From NCBI GenBank assembly GCA_030167865.1, contig JALAGF010006529.1, forward strand, positions 62,001 to 126,000: a stretch of DNA of 64,000 nt, in the 5' to 3' direction. The notes below the pieces were generated by a model, which was not told the DNA's origin, did no database searches, and saw only the letters and a list, made by a program, of their open reading frames with translations. Below, one piece after another: positions 10,638-22,099 of this stretch (the stretch's first letter is position 1; each line of letters opens with the position of its first letter). The position numbers and the translations under genes were made by a program. This stretch comes from Craspedostauros australis. Lineage: Eukaryota.

Positions 10638-11756
10638 CTATTCCGCGATAGACAATATCTTTTTGAGGGTTGTGATAATGTCGTATCCTTCCTCCCACAG
10701 GTCATCAGCAGAATGTACCAATATTGCCATAGCGACCACTAGTCTTCGAACCGAAAGTGTGAAATCAGCTTTCAGGTTCATGGCCAAGAGAGTAATGGCC
10801 CATATACCTCCCACAATGACTCCGTATTTCCTTGTGTATATGACCAGAGAGGAGGTGATACCTACGAAGGAATACCACAAGAGTCGATCAGACTTGAGTT
10901 CTCTCTCGATCTGCTCTAATCTGATCCCTTCCATATCCGCAAGCAAGTATGCCAGAGAAAAGTCGGTCCTTGCCTCCTTCAACATCCGTGTTGTGACCAC
11001 ATGGTCACCATCTTGCGTCAGTCCATAACTCATTTCTTCCGATTCCAGAACTAGGAAGCGTGGTGCCCTTATCGCATTCGGTTGGACGATACAGGACGGC
11101 AGTGATGCCGAGACCAACGGCGGCGACGTCGCCGACATCGGCGATGACACTGAGAAAGTCAGGTTGGTTTTGCTCCTGTAATTCTTGACATTATTGCATC
11201 TAGCAGCCTTGAGCGCGCCCGCTGCAATCGCGCGACCAAAACGCTGCACTTTGATGCAATCGGGATGGTCGTTGGGGAGGATGCGTTCCTTGCATTGTGA
11301 TACGTCGACCGTTTTTATTCGCGATGGAACGATTGCAAGTAACCACGGATGAGGAGCAAGCCATCTTGGAAACCCCGTTATGGGTGAGTATTCGATGTAC
11401 GGATATTTGGCATAGCCTATGATTGCTGCTCCTGCGATCCATAGCCAATGAGGCAAGATGGAGGAACTGCAAGTGCGTTCTTGTGTATTGCGGCATCTAT
11501 CCTGCACTGCTACGCTGGAATGATGTCGAACAACCAATGTTGTTTGCGTTGCCGGCGTCGTAATCGTAGTCATTTTATGAATACTTACATGTCTAGCCTG
11601 GCCCCAAAAGTGTGCTGGGCTTGGTTGCAGGAGGGGAAGGCCAGCTGTCGTGCACCATGGTTGCTGGATCGTGGCGCACAGCTTGGATGGCGTCGCCGTT
11701 GGCAATCTGGCCGTCCGCAAAAGTGGCGCACTCCGCAACCCTCGTTGGAACATCAT
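10638..11756 (-). CDS. Oma1/peptidase M48-like protein, HEXXH motif lost (pseudo-peptidase or decaying gene)
   Basis: Arg/Ser-rich mitochondrial-type presequence and a TM helix, then IEYSPITGFPRWL, ILPNDHPDCIKVQRFGRAI and ARTDFSLAYLLADMEGI. These align by eye to the Oma1 motifs PITGR, LPxxHP and DxxLAxVLGHExxH. The start is placed at the first ATG. Confidence 0.6.
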   Translation of the reverse strand: MMFQRGLRSAPLLRTARLPTATPSKLCATIQQPWCTTAGLPLLQPSPAHFWGQARHVSIHKMTTITTPATQTTLVVRHHSSVAVQDRCRNTQERTCSSSILPHWLWIAGAAIIGYAKYPYIEYSPITGFPRWLAPHPWLLAIVPSRIKTVDVSQCKERILPNDHPDCIKVQRFGRAIAAGALKAARCNNVKNYRSKTNLTFSVSSPMSATSPPLVSASLPSCIVQPNAIRAPRFLVLESEEMSYGLTQDGDHVVTTRMLKEARTDFSLAYLLADMEGIRLEQIERELKSDRLLWYSFVGITSSLVIYTRKYGVIVGGIWAITLLAMNLKADFTLSVRRLVVAMAILVHSADDLWEEGYDIITTLKKILSIAE

Positions 11757-13738
11757 GTTGTGAATCCTGAAGGAGATAGAACAGCTGAGCACTCTCTTTG
11801 GAATATTTGCTCGGTGCGGCAGTGGGTGTGAAGGTGGATGCCAGTGGAGTATGCTCGATTTGACCCCCGCTACTCGTAATTGTATGAGCTTTGTGGAGAT
11901 GTGGTCTCGTGGTATTCGGATGCACCAAGTTGCAGTGATGTTGTTGTGATGTTGCAGTTGCGAGTATGCTGGAGTATCTGCGACGACAACAGTGGAAGTG
12001 ATGTCCGTATTTTATGATGCGTTGCTGTGGCAAAGTCCAATTTGTGGGGATGGATGTGACTTGTGATGGTGGAAGTATTGCGCAGAGCATGAGGACTCTG
12101 CCGAGGATGCCCCTTCATGCTAGCAATACGTTCCTGCTGTCAAAGCAGCGCTGCTGGTGATGATGGCGGTGGTGTTGGCCACGCTTGGTCGAGGGATCTT
12201 GGGGTGTTGCCATTGCTCGTGGAATACGCAGCTCGTACTACATCGTGAATGGAGTACTGTCCGTACTGCTCGACCTCTCTCAGTGCGGTTGAGTATTGGC
12301 ACGCCGATCGAAAATAGTCGATCGTGCGCACGTTTGCAAGCCGAGTTTTGTCGCGATCGATACCTTGGTCAAGGCGATGGTCGTCGAAGTTCGTCTTTGA
12401 GGTGTTGTCATCCTCGCAGACAGAGGCGTAGCTGTACTCGTACTGCAAGACCCCTTCATGCGCTCGGCATTGATTGTGATTGTTCTTGCATCATCCTGTT
12501 CGTTTTCATCAATCACCCCAGGCAGTCCGGCTTTTTCTGGGAATGGCTTCTCTTCCATTTCCCAATCAATGCTTGATCTCCAGCAGCAGCCAACCGCATG
12601 AGTCCGCTGCCATCGACCGGCAGTATCCGGTGCGCCCTGTTGGAGGTGTAAGAACTAAGGCGAGGTACTCGCCGCTGGTATGATACTGTGCGATTACGGA
12701 TACTCGCGATGATTCCGTTGCCCATTGTCATGTCTGTCGATGAATGCAAAATGGCGAGGCAACCGCAACGCACCATGGTGTCACGTCTCCCATCAATCTC
12801 GACGCGTCCTGTGAAGTGGCGCCAGGTCCTTCCGTCGACCGGATCGCCATGGCGCCGGCTCGTGATTGTCGTGATGTTCGGCATCCACGTTTCTGCGGAG
12901 AGAACCACGATCTTGATGAGAGTTAGTCGTGGAAATCCGTGTCGTTGAGACGTCGTCCACGACAAAGAGTCTCTCACAAAGCACCACACAAATGACTTTC
13001 TCGCTGTTGCGTGTCGTGTTGCCTCGTGTTGTGTTGCGCGTTGTCGTGTCATGTTTCGCTCAAGATCGTGATGTTTCGGCGCTGTGTTCGCGTCTCCGAG
13101 TTTCTGGCTCTTCCTTGTTGTGCGAAATCAAACAGAACCGCCAAGGAGAGAAGAGGAGGAGAGGAGAGAGGCAGAGGCAGAGGCAGAGGCACAGCAAGGA
13201 GCCTTGACCAACACAAAGGTGGTGCGAAGTAGCTAACAGCACCCGACTGTCACAAGAAGAGAAGGGAGAAGTGAGGTCCGAACACATAGTCGTACGAGCC
13301 AGTTGGAAGAACGCCTCACACTCGCACATCCTCATATAACACATCTCGTGGAGTAGTCGAAGTCGTAATCGCCATAGCCGTCGTAATCGCCATAGCCGTC
13401 GTAGTCGTAGTCGTAGTCGCACCATAAGATCACCACACTCTCTGCTGGTATCTGGACGGCCATACGACTACTCACTCTGCAAGCCAGAGTACCATACTCG
13501 CATGTCCAGATCGTACAATCGCACGTCCAGTTCGAGTTGGAAATAGAATTGGAGTTGGAGCAGGAAAGAAAAGCAAGAGGGCGAGAGGCACATCCAAGGA
13601 AGGTGACTGGGAATTACACACAAGAATCAACCGATTGACTGATCCGCTGATCGACCGATCGACCTTTGCGGGGCGTGTCTTTGGGTCACAGTGACAACAG
13701 TGCTACGGTTGCTGCGATTGCTGCGATTGGCGGGTGGT

Positions 13739-13776
13739 ACACACACACACACACACACACACACTCTCTCTCTCTC
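13739..13776. repeat. Compound (AC)n(TC)n microsatellite
   Basis: Direct reading; lies upstream of RING paralog B. Confidence 0.95.
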
Positions 13777-14003
13777 CAGAGAGAACGACTACTCCACCAA
13801 TACTGTATCAATACTCAACCAATCCGAGCAGGCCCCTCAATTCCACCCTCGCGTAGTTGCTCATCAGGGAACAGAGATCAACCACATCAAACCAAACCGA
13901 GCAGTTCGCGATTGGCATCTTTGATCTGCGCTTCGACACTGCTCCCAGCTCGCAAGCGTCGCAAAGGACCTGCATATCCTACTCTTGACTTGCACCTGCC
14001 AAT

Positions 14004-16775
14004 ATGTCCAGCGATGGTGACCCCACCCTGACCATCCCCATGGGAGATGGCACCCCCCAACTAGGCGGTCGATCCACCGGAATCGGCGCTCGGGCACACC
14101 TGTACGGCGCCAATAGAGGCGGGAGCTTCGGAGGCACATACGACGACATGTTCGGGAATGGTGGCACTCCCAATAACAACAGCACCGGCGGCGGCAACAC
14201 CGATCAGCGCCAGGCTTTCTCCACACATCCACATCCAATGGCAGCCACGGCGCTTGGCACAGAGCCATCGTCATCTTGCTTCTGCCAGTTCCTCAAACGG
14301 GTCAGGACCGCAGTCTTCTACCCCTTCATCGTCCTCACTTCTCTTCTCTCTATGGCGCTGGTTGCGACCTTCTGCATCTTCCCCACCCTTCTCGTGACAT
14401 CCGTCGTCATCTGCGTCTACTACTGCACCATGGACGACCCCATCCCGCTCTCGGTGCTCTTGCGGTACATGTTCTTTTCGGATCCGGATGACAACATTGA
14501 CTTTCAAAACTCCGGCACCCAGATGGGGCAGCAGCGTCCCGTCGTGCAATCCAAGCTCATCATCCGCAAGGTCCTGGCGGTGGACGATCTCGACGATGAT
14601 GACAAGGATGATGGCCTCCGTAAGGAGTACGCGAGGAAGCACGCAGGACAGATCCAGTTTTATACTGAGAGCAAGTGCATCACATTTTCGGAGATCTTGG
14701 AGATGGAAGAAGATCCAGCTGCTCCTGCCGCCGATGCTGGTGCTGGTAATCTTCCTCTTGGTGGCACGGATGCTCCTTATGGCAGCGGCACAGCGCCGTC
14801 GCACCCGCTGTATCTCACGCCGCATGAAATCACACCGCAGATGAGAGGAATTGCATCGCCTTCACCTTTCGACCTTTATTCTTCGCATGGGTGGCCGCCA
14901 CGGGAAGAGGGCACGGGAACAGCGACAGCTGCAGCCATAGCGGTAACACGTCTTCCTTCTGCATCCAGCTCGGATTCTTCCTCTCACGAGGAGCCTACCG
15001 ATACTGCCGTGGGCGTGACAACAAGCGCAGCCGCCACGACCAACAACGACGACGCCAGCAACGGCATCGCGACAACTGCAATGACGGCGACACCCGCGGC
15101 AGCGGCAATGCTAAGTGCAGAAGAAGATGAACCGGTCACGCAAGCTCGATCGTCGTCACGAGAAGCACCAACCGAGTCTCTTCCCACGGACGATGATGAC
15201 GGTTCGACGTCAGAAAGCCCAGACAGCTCCGTCGCTGAAAGACTCAATGGAACCACGACCAATGCCCACGATAATTCCTCATCTCGATCGCAGGCAAAGG
15301 AACTGCAGCAACTAGCCTCGGACAGCGCAGGAATGAATGAGACCGCGGGGAGAGTGCCACCAGCACCATCTTCTGGATCGTCGGGCGGGTCCGGCTGGTC
15401 TGCACCTTCTTTGACGTCATCGGCAATGGCAGAGAACACCGAAAACAAGCGCAGAGGCAGTGACGTAATGCTGACTGGCGCTATCGCCATATCGTACGCG
15501 CAAATGCAGGCGTCGCAGTCAGAATTTGACGTCGGCGATCCTTGCGCCGAGAACGAGGTAAAAAGCAACGAGGCATTGCAGTGCATCGATGTCAACGAAA
15601 GGGGGATAGCTGAGACAAGCATGGGGGCCTTTATGCCGAACGATCCCCAACGGAGCCCGAAGGAAGAGAGCGATCTGGATGGACCCACGAATGCGACTGC
15701 GAATTTGAATGCAAGCGCACAGGCCGCGGTCGCCATGGACGGAGATTTGAAACCAGCAGCAATCGCCGTCGTACGACCGCCAAGTCCATGGACTCGTGCG
15801 CAGAGCGATGACGCCAGTCAAGCTGCCAATTCGGAAAGGCTGGGTCTCGATCTGCATGCGGATGCGTCCAGTCGCGGCGAACCCAATGCGGTTGTAGACG
15901 TACAATCAATCGGCGATGGTGTTGCCGCAGCTACTACGCACCAGAATGATACTCCAGGTACTGCCAATGGTAACAGCCATGTTGATGACCACGGTAGTGG
16001 CGACGATGAGCAAGCAGCTTTCGGGGTTGTTGGCACCAATTCTGCCAAGATCGAAAAGAAGAGCGACCGAAACAACAGACACTTCGAACAGGAAATGGCG
16101 CACGCAGGAGGACCACCAATCTCGGCATCGGTCCCATCAGCAACGGTAGCGTCGGCGATAGCGGTGACAGCGACAGTCGAGCCTACAATAGGCAGTGACA
16201 ACACAGGCGCAGACGAAAGTGATGGTCTGGCCGAGAAAAAGCATCACGCCGCTGTGAAAACCAAAGCAGCCGATGGACGGAGAGCGAAGGACGGTGACAG
16301 CAACAACAGCAACAACGATATTCCACAGCATGACATCCCCAGCTCACCTGCATCAGTGCATGAAGAGAAGGAGGAATCGGATGGCGCCGACCACGAGGGA
16401 AGCGTTCGGGACCAACAGAAGCGTGCGCTGGACCATCCACTCGCGAATCGCAGCGATGCCGACGATGCTTCTGGTGCCGATGCTGGTGTCGATGTCGAAG
16501 CAAGCAACGCCGCACCCAACAATAATGCGGAAGGTGATGACAACGGCGAAGGTGAAGGCGACGGGTGGAAGGCAGATTACTTCGGTGTTGAAGATTCCCG
16601 CGATCGCGGCACCGCATGCGACATCTGCCTGCTGTCGTTCGAGGTTGACGATCTGGTGGCATGGTCGCCGAACAAGGCTTGCTCGCACACGTACCACAAG
16701 GATTGCATCCTTGACTGGCTGATCCGAAAGCCGACCTGTCCCAATTGCCGACAGAACTACCTGAAGGACAAGTGA
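14004..16775 (+). CDS. Membrane-anchored RING-H2 E3 ubiquitin ligase (paralog B)
   Basis: 923-aa ORF with a TM region (FIVLTSLLSMALVATFCIFPTLLVTSVVICVYYC) and a C-terminal RING-H2 (CDICLLSFEVDDLVAWSPNKACSHTYHKDCILDWLIRKPTCPNC), clearly homologous to 7439-10267. Confidence 0.85.
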   Translation: MSSDGDPTLTIPMGDGTPQLGGRSTGIGARAHLYGANRGGSFGGTYDDMFGNGGTPNNNSTGGGNTDQRQAFSTHPHPMAATALGTEPSSSCFCQFLKRVRTAVFYPFIVLTSLLSMALVATFCIFPTLLVTSVVICVYYCTMDDPIPLSVLLRYMFFSDPDDNIDFQNSGTQMGQQRPVVQSKLIIRKVLAVDDLDDDDKDDGLRKEYARKHAGQIQFYTESKCITFSEILEMEEDPAAPAADAGAGNLPLGGTDAPYGSGTAPSHPLYLTPHEITPQMRGIASPSPFDLYSSHGWPPREEGTGTATAAAIAVTRLPSASSSDSSSHEEPTDTAVGVTTSAAATTNNDDASNGIATTAMTATPAAAAMLSAEEDEPVTQARSSSREAPTESLPTDDDDGSTSESPDSSVAERLNGTTTNAHDNSSSRSQAKELQQLASDSAGMNETAGRVPPAPSSGSSGGSGWSAPSLTSSAMAENTENKRRGSDVMLTGAIAISYAQMQASQSEFDVGDPCAENEVKSNEALQCIDVNERGIAETSMGAFMPNDPQRSPKEESDLDGPTNATANLNASAQAAVAMDGDLKPAAIAVVRPPSPWTRAQSDDASQAANSERLGLDLHADASSRGEPNAVVDVQSIGDGVAAATTHQNDTPGTANGNSHVDDHGSGDDEQAAFGVVGTNSAKIEKKSDRNNRHFEQEMAHAGGPPISASVPSATVASAIAVTATVEPTIGSDNTGADESDGLAEKKHHAAVKTKAADGRRAKDGDSNNSNNDIPQHDIPSSPASVHEEKEESDGADHEGSVRDQQKRALDHPLANRSDADDASGADAGVDVEASNAAPNNNAEGDDNGEGEGDGWKADYFGVEDSRDRGTACDICLLSFEVDDLVAWSPNKACSHTYHKDCILDWLIRKPTCPNCRQNYLKDK

Positions 16776-19404
16776 GGCAGGTCCGATGCCATGCGCGCGT
16801 GCGTATGCAACACTGGAGAGTCCAGATATTCTGAGAGCATATGGTACCATACTATGAGTATGTGGTGGAGATGAAGGGCGCAACGAGTTGTGCCGGTCCT
16901 TACTAGCATAGCACTTTTCTTACACACAGATACGAGTGATAGTAGATGCATTCGGATGTTTAGTAGTACCTACCATCCCATGGCTCGTGCGGATGGAGCA
17001 GAACATGAAGCGAGCACCCTTGAACATCCGCTCACGTGCTTCACCAAATGTAGTCGTAGCAGTATGCGGCATGCAGCAATACGGAAGACCAAACATTGCT
17101 GTGTCATACCGTATTCATCGCTTGCATTTCGATGGTGCGGTTCTGCGCTACGACTACGGGTATCCGAGCAGGAGGCGCAGATGTTCGTGGAAGGTGGATG
17201 GAGAGATGGCGGGGGTGAGATTCGGCAACAAATGTGAGCGCATTTTGGGGAGGTTCGTCGATCACGTTCTCGCATGAACCGATTCGGACGTTGACTGTGT
17301 GTGAGAAATCTACGACCTACAGGAACCCGGATGTACCTACACATCACAGTTTGTGCCCATCTTGGGTACAGCCGACAGGATGTCCATTTGATTGTGACAC
17401 GACGTGTGTCAGGGTTGTTCGGAAAGGATTCTTTGGTCGTGCGTACGTTGGTCAAAAAAGAACGCCAATTCGGGGGTGCTGACTTTCGGAACCCGAATCT
17501 GCTGTCAGAAAAGCGTGAATCAGTCTTGTTGGTCATTGATTCAGGGATGTGCGCGCCCACCGCGCGGGTATCTGGAGATGTCACCCCTGAATCTGGCCTG
17601 ATTGTGCTGACAAGAAGGGGCAAATCACAAAGAGAAGAACGGCAATACCCCCTTTCTCGGGGAGATGGGGCAAAAAGTTCGGACAACGTGGGAAGTTCAA
17701 CGCGTGGACACGTTGTTGCTGTTGTCGATAAATCATCATCACAAAGACTGGGTGTGTTGCGCAGATAGCGCCACGGAGACCAGCAGTACACCTGCTACGG
17801 ATACGAAGACACGACCAAAGTCAACAACAATTCTGTGTAGAACGCAGTAGAAGCGCGTTGGAACCTACCAGCAAGGCAACACAACGCGACCCAAAAACGC
17901 GACAGAACAAGACGGAGTGGGAACCTGGCGAAACAAAACACGAGTACCACGCAGACAAGACGCGCCATCGGCACTCTCTCCCTTCGTCGTGGCGCGCACT
18001 CGCGTTGCGTTGATGTGGCTTGTTCCCGTGTTTTTTCTTTCTTTCTTTTCGGGGACGTCAAAGTCAGAAAGAGGCGCAGCAAGGAGACAGGAGAGACGAA
18101 GAAGACGAGCACCAACATCATCACCACCCACATCATCATCAAGAGGAAGGACAGGAACGAACAAAGCAAGAAGCGCAAGGAAGGTGAACACAGTATAGCA
18201 ACCTTTCATACTACTCGTACTTACCCGCACCAGAAACAGGAGTTGGAGCCACCAGGAAGTCACAGTGATGATCGACAGGATACGAAGCCTCGCAGAATAA
18301 AGACGCGTGCTCATACTACCCATACTGCTCATACCCCACACCAATACGACTGCTCGGGCTCATACTCGCATCAGAGCAACAGGAACAGCCCCAAGAGGCA
18401 ACCAGCAAATTGCCACACCGAACACCGACACACGGACACCCGCGTAGACATCAGTACTGCACAGGCTCCAGGATAACACTCCACAGGTGCCACCTACCAA
18501 GACGCCAATCTCTCACTACCGCAAACGACGAATACGTGTGGACTTCACGAGAGTATTCGCGCGCATAGAAGCACAAGCAGAAGCACAAACAGGAGCGCAA
18601 GGAAAAGAAAAGGAAAGGAAACAAGAAGACAACAGCAGCAGCTGCAACAGCGGAACACCCTTGGCCATCTGCTGCAGTGGGAACAAACGTGAAGGTACGA
18701 CCATGGCGGTTCTGTGCCGATGTTCATGAATCTGATCGCGGATGTGGTTGGTATGGGATGCCACGGCATGGCATAGCATTGCGTATCATATCATTGCTTG
18801 GTGTACCTGCACGCACGCGGCGGGTGTGCGCCTTGGAGGCAATTGTTTCAATCAACCAACCAGCCAACAAACAAACATGGAGCACTTTACTCCAGAGAAC
18901 GGAGTGGAGGAGAGCACGCGATTACTTCGTGGAAGTGTACCTACCATGCCATTTCATGGAGCCCCCCACACTACTTTGCTCCGCACATACCCTCTGTAGA
19001 GTCAAGGTTCCTTCGTTGTGAACAATGTGATGGCAAGACATGCCTCCGAACAACGCACTTCATCCTTCTCACGGAATCCGCATGCTCCACAACGGCGAAT
19101 CTCTCCTCCATCTTTTCATGCCGATCAACCATTTGTGGGACTGGCTGCATCTCTCATCTCGAATCTGTATTCAACCAACCTTCACCGCCACATCAACACA
19201 TCCCACCATTGTCCATTCCTTTATCCATCCATTCATCAAATTACACATTACTACTGCTCTACTCTACTCTTCTCTGCTCGACCCTATTGTGCGCAGTATC
19301 ACTACACACAGCAAAGGCAGGAATCGTCACCAGCCCAAGCACCGACATACTCTTCAACGACTTGTGCTGACTACATCCTTCTCGTTCGCACACCTCAACC
19401 CAAG

Positions 19405-20598
19405 ATGAAGTATTTGGAGGATGAAAAGCTCACCGAGATCACTGCGCAGCTCACGGACGCGGTGGTGAGGCAGTCACACAGGATCATCAACGGCAGGATA
19501 GAAGCCTACACCATGAAACGAGCGGGTTCCGACAAGAAGTTCGCTCACCAGCTCGGTCAGAAGTACGTCGCCGAGATGGAGTACATGGAGAAGGAGCTCG
19601 CCATCGCGGTGGACCGCAGCAAGCGCCACCAGAGTAAGAGAGCCAAGTCAGTGTCGCTCTCACCGTCAAGGACCAAGTTGGTGCCGCCTGCGACGATAGG
19701 TGCTGTGCCAACTTCCGCTGTGCCAGTGCCCACGAGTACGAAAATGAATACAAAATCGAGCGCAAAAATGAGCACAGATGCCAGTACCATCACCAATACG
19801 AGCACGAGCACGAATACGAATACGAATACGCGAACAGATTCCAGAACGAGTACACCCAGGTCTGCGCCTGCATCGAGATCATCAGCAAAGTCCTCATCGA
19901 CGTCGACGTTGGCATTGGCGCCAACCAACGGAAAGGCTGCGAAGAATAGAAAACGCTCCGCATCTGCCGTCACATGGAACGAAGCTGCTGCTGGTGCTGC
20001 TGATTCTAGCCAAAGTATCCTCGATCAAAAGAACACCAAGAAGACCTCACGCCGACGCTCTCGGTCGTTTGACAATACGACGGGGGCTCCGGGTCCCAAA
20101 ACATCTCTCGGCAACTTCTCTCAGCTGGCCACCCGCAAGCTCATGACGGACCTCATCCTCACCTTGCAATCCAGCTTTCCGGACTACGACTTCTCTTACG
20201 TCACGCCGAATCAGTTCTCCAAGCTCCAGTACCGCGTGGTGCGGGCCAACATCGACAGGCAGCTCAACGAGTTCGCATCCAGCAAGGCATCCAACTTCCT
20301 CATGGACATGTGGTCCGCCATCGACAACGTCATCGCCCTGGCGGACTGCGACGTCTACGCCTTCGAGGAAGAAGAGCTCAAGATCGACGGGCTGTGGACG
20401 TTCAACTACTTCTTCGTCAACAAGTCCCTCAAGCGCGTCCTCTTCTTCACCTGCCAAGAGAAGATCGATGAGGAGAGCCAGAACGCGCTCATGGAAGAGC
20501 AGATCACCTTCTCCATGCCCGATGTGCAAGTCGTTGACGACTTTGACTGGGATCCATCCGCTGATGTTGCAGGAGGCATTCCAATCTCCATCGCCTAA
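19405..20598 (+). CDS. MAF1: Repressor of RNA polymerase III transcription Maf1
   Basis: MKYLE start, A-box GRIEAYTMK, B-box TLQSSFPDYDFS and C-box LWTFNYFFVNKSLKRVLFF. The ATG at 19405 is preferred over the upstream GTG extension. Confidence 0.93.
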   Translation: MKYLEDEKLTEITAQLTDAVVRQSHRIINGRIEAYTMKRAGSDKKFAHQLGQKYVAEMEYMEKELAIAVDRSKRHQSKRAKSVSLSPSRTKLVPPATIGAVPTSAVPVPTSTKMNTKSSAKMSTDASTITNTSTSTNTNTNTRTDSRTSTPRSAPASRSSAKSSSTSTLALAPTNGKAAKNRKRSASAVTWNEAAAGAADSSQSILDQKNTKKTSRRRSRSFDNTTGAPGPKTSLGNFSQLATRKLMTDLILTLQSSFPDYDFSYVTPNQFSKLQYRVVRANIDRQLNEFASSKASNFLMDMWSAIDNVIALADCDVYAFEEEELKIDGLWTFNYFFVNKSLKRVLFFTCQEKIDEESQNALMEEQITFSMPDVQVVDDFDWDPSADVAGGIPISIA

Positions 20599-21403
20599 CC
20601 TCTGTCCGCACACAACAAGGACGAGACGAGCGGCGGGCGGTGGGGCAGCGTCATCCATCTCGTTTCGGCATGGCCGAGGGACGTTGCGTTTGAGAAATGT
20701 CGGCACGAATGCATACTCCGTATTACCATACTTACCATCGACAGTTTATATTCTCATACATGGAAGGAAGGAAGGAAGGAAAGACAGAAACCGAGAGAAA
20801 TAGGAACGGTTTAGCAACAGCCAAAAGATGCACGAAATCAGACTCCATCATCAGGGAGTGCATTGGAATGTATCAGGGGGCAGGGAGAGGCCGCGTGCAC
20901 GAAGACCGGCGTCACGCAAGGCAAAACAAACCAAAACACATCAGCAATAAAGGCGAGATCAGGAGAGGGGAGAGAGCGCGCGTGAGAAGGGCAGCGAGAA
21001 GAAGGTGGAAAGCCTCGCCCAATTCTCCCGCTTCCGACAAGCGAGCCCGTGGACGACTCCTGTGCGAACATTAGCCAGCACCTTCGTGGCGCACATGTTT
21101 CATTTACTCTACATAACTCTGTATGTTACCAACCAAACAAATTGAGTCTCGTTCATTGGCATCCAGGATTGCATGTGTAAAACTGTCTGCGCTGGTGGAT
21201 GAAATGCTCCCGGTTTGCTGGCCTCAGCGGCTGCACGCTACTTTACGAATATCTACACGGCAGCTGCCAGCACACATGCTGAATTGCATGGGAGTGTGGA
21301 ACGGTCTACTATATTTCGATGTGCGAGGAGTGATGCTTCTCAAGTACGAATGGATGTGCGTGTGCGTGTGCGTGTGTGTTTGGCGACCATCTTTTCGTTG
21401 TCG

Positions 21404-22099
21404 TCAGTAGTCCATGACGCCAGAGACGCGCCAATCGCTTTCGTTGGGCTCCCAACGATCGGACATGATGTCGTCGAGGCTTCGGGACAGCGGAGACGGC
21501 TTTTCAATCGGGGCAGAATCCTTCCCTCGCTTCCGCGTTCGTTTCCCCGACGGCGATGAAGTCTTGCCTTTCTTCCCGCCGCGCTTTGTGATTGCCTTGC
21601 TCTGAGAACCCGCCTTTGTCTTGGCAACGCCAGAGTTCCCGCCGCAGAATCTCTGGCCGAAGGATTCGTCTTCACTTTCGCTTCCGTCCGAATCAGACCG
21701 GCGCTGTCTCGCTTTCTTCGAGTGGCGGCGATCACCATGTCCATCGCAGTCGTAATCGTCGTCATCCGTGGCGTCCGCGTAAGATATCTTGGCTGCGGCA
21801 GCTCGTCGTCGGGGGCGCCCGGTGGGTGTGATCTGTGCTGGTTCCATGACTTTCTTTGTTGGCGTCGAAATCGTTGACGGTGACGCTGGCGGTGACGCTG
21901 GCGATGGCAGGTTCTCCTTCTCCGCAGCATCTGAGTTGCGCGGCTTGTCTTGCTCATTGTCTGCACGTTTGTTCTTGCGGGAGGAGTGTTCGCGATCTTC
22001 ATCATGACCTGGGCTGCGATCTTTGCCGCGACCTGATCGTCGCCCAGCAGCCTTTGAGGCGGCCTGCTTGGCTTGGGAGAGTCTCGTTTTGCGTGGCAT
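21404..22099 (-). CDS. Hypothetical basic/acidic disordered nuclear protein
   Basis: MPRKTR start, Lys/Arg-rich NLS-like runs, a KEN box (EKENL), SP/TP sites and GRPRRRAAAAKISY followed by an acidic patch. The composition looks like a real protein, but no globular domain was recognised. Confidence 0.55.
   Translation of the reverse strand: MPRKTRLSQAKQAASKAAGRRSGRGKDRSPGHDEDREHSSRKNKRADNEQDKPRNSDAAEKENLPSPASPPASPSTISTPTKKVMEPAQITPTGRPRRRAAAAKISYADATDDDDYDCDGHGDRRHSKKARQRRSDSDGSESEDESFGQRFCGGNSGVAKTKAGSQSKAITKRGGKKGKTSSPSGKRTRKRGKDSAPIEKPSPLSRSLDDIMSDRWEPNESDWRVSGVMDY

Noticed and set aside
12140..12558. Two overlapping minus-strand ORFs that could be one frameshifted small gene
   Set aside because: No recognisable homology and no plausible intron; cannot be supported.
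19018..19404. N-terminal extension of Maf1
   Set aside because: Maf1 homology starts at MKYLE (19405); the upstream sequence resembles a C/A-rich 5' UTR.
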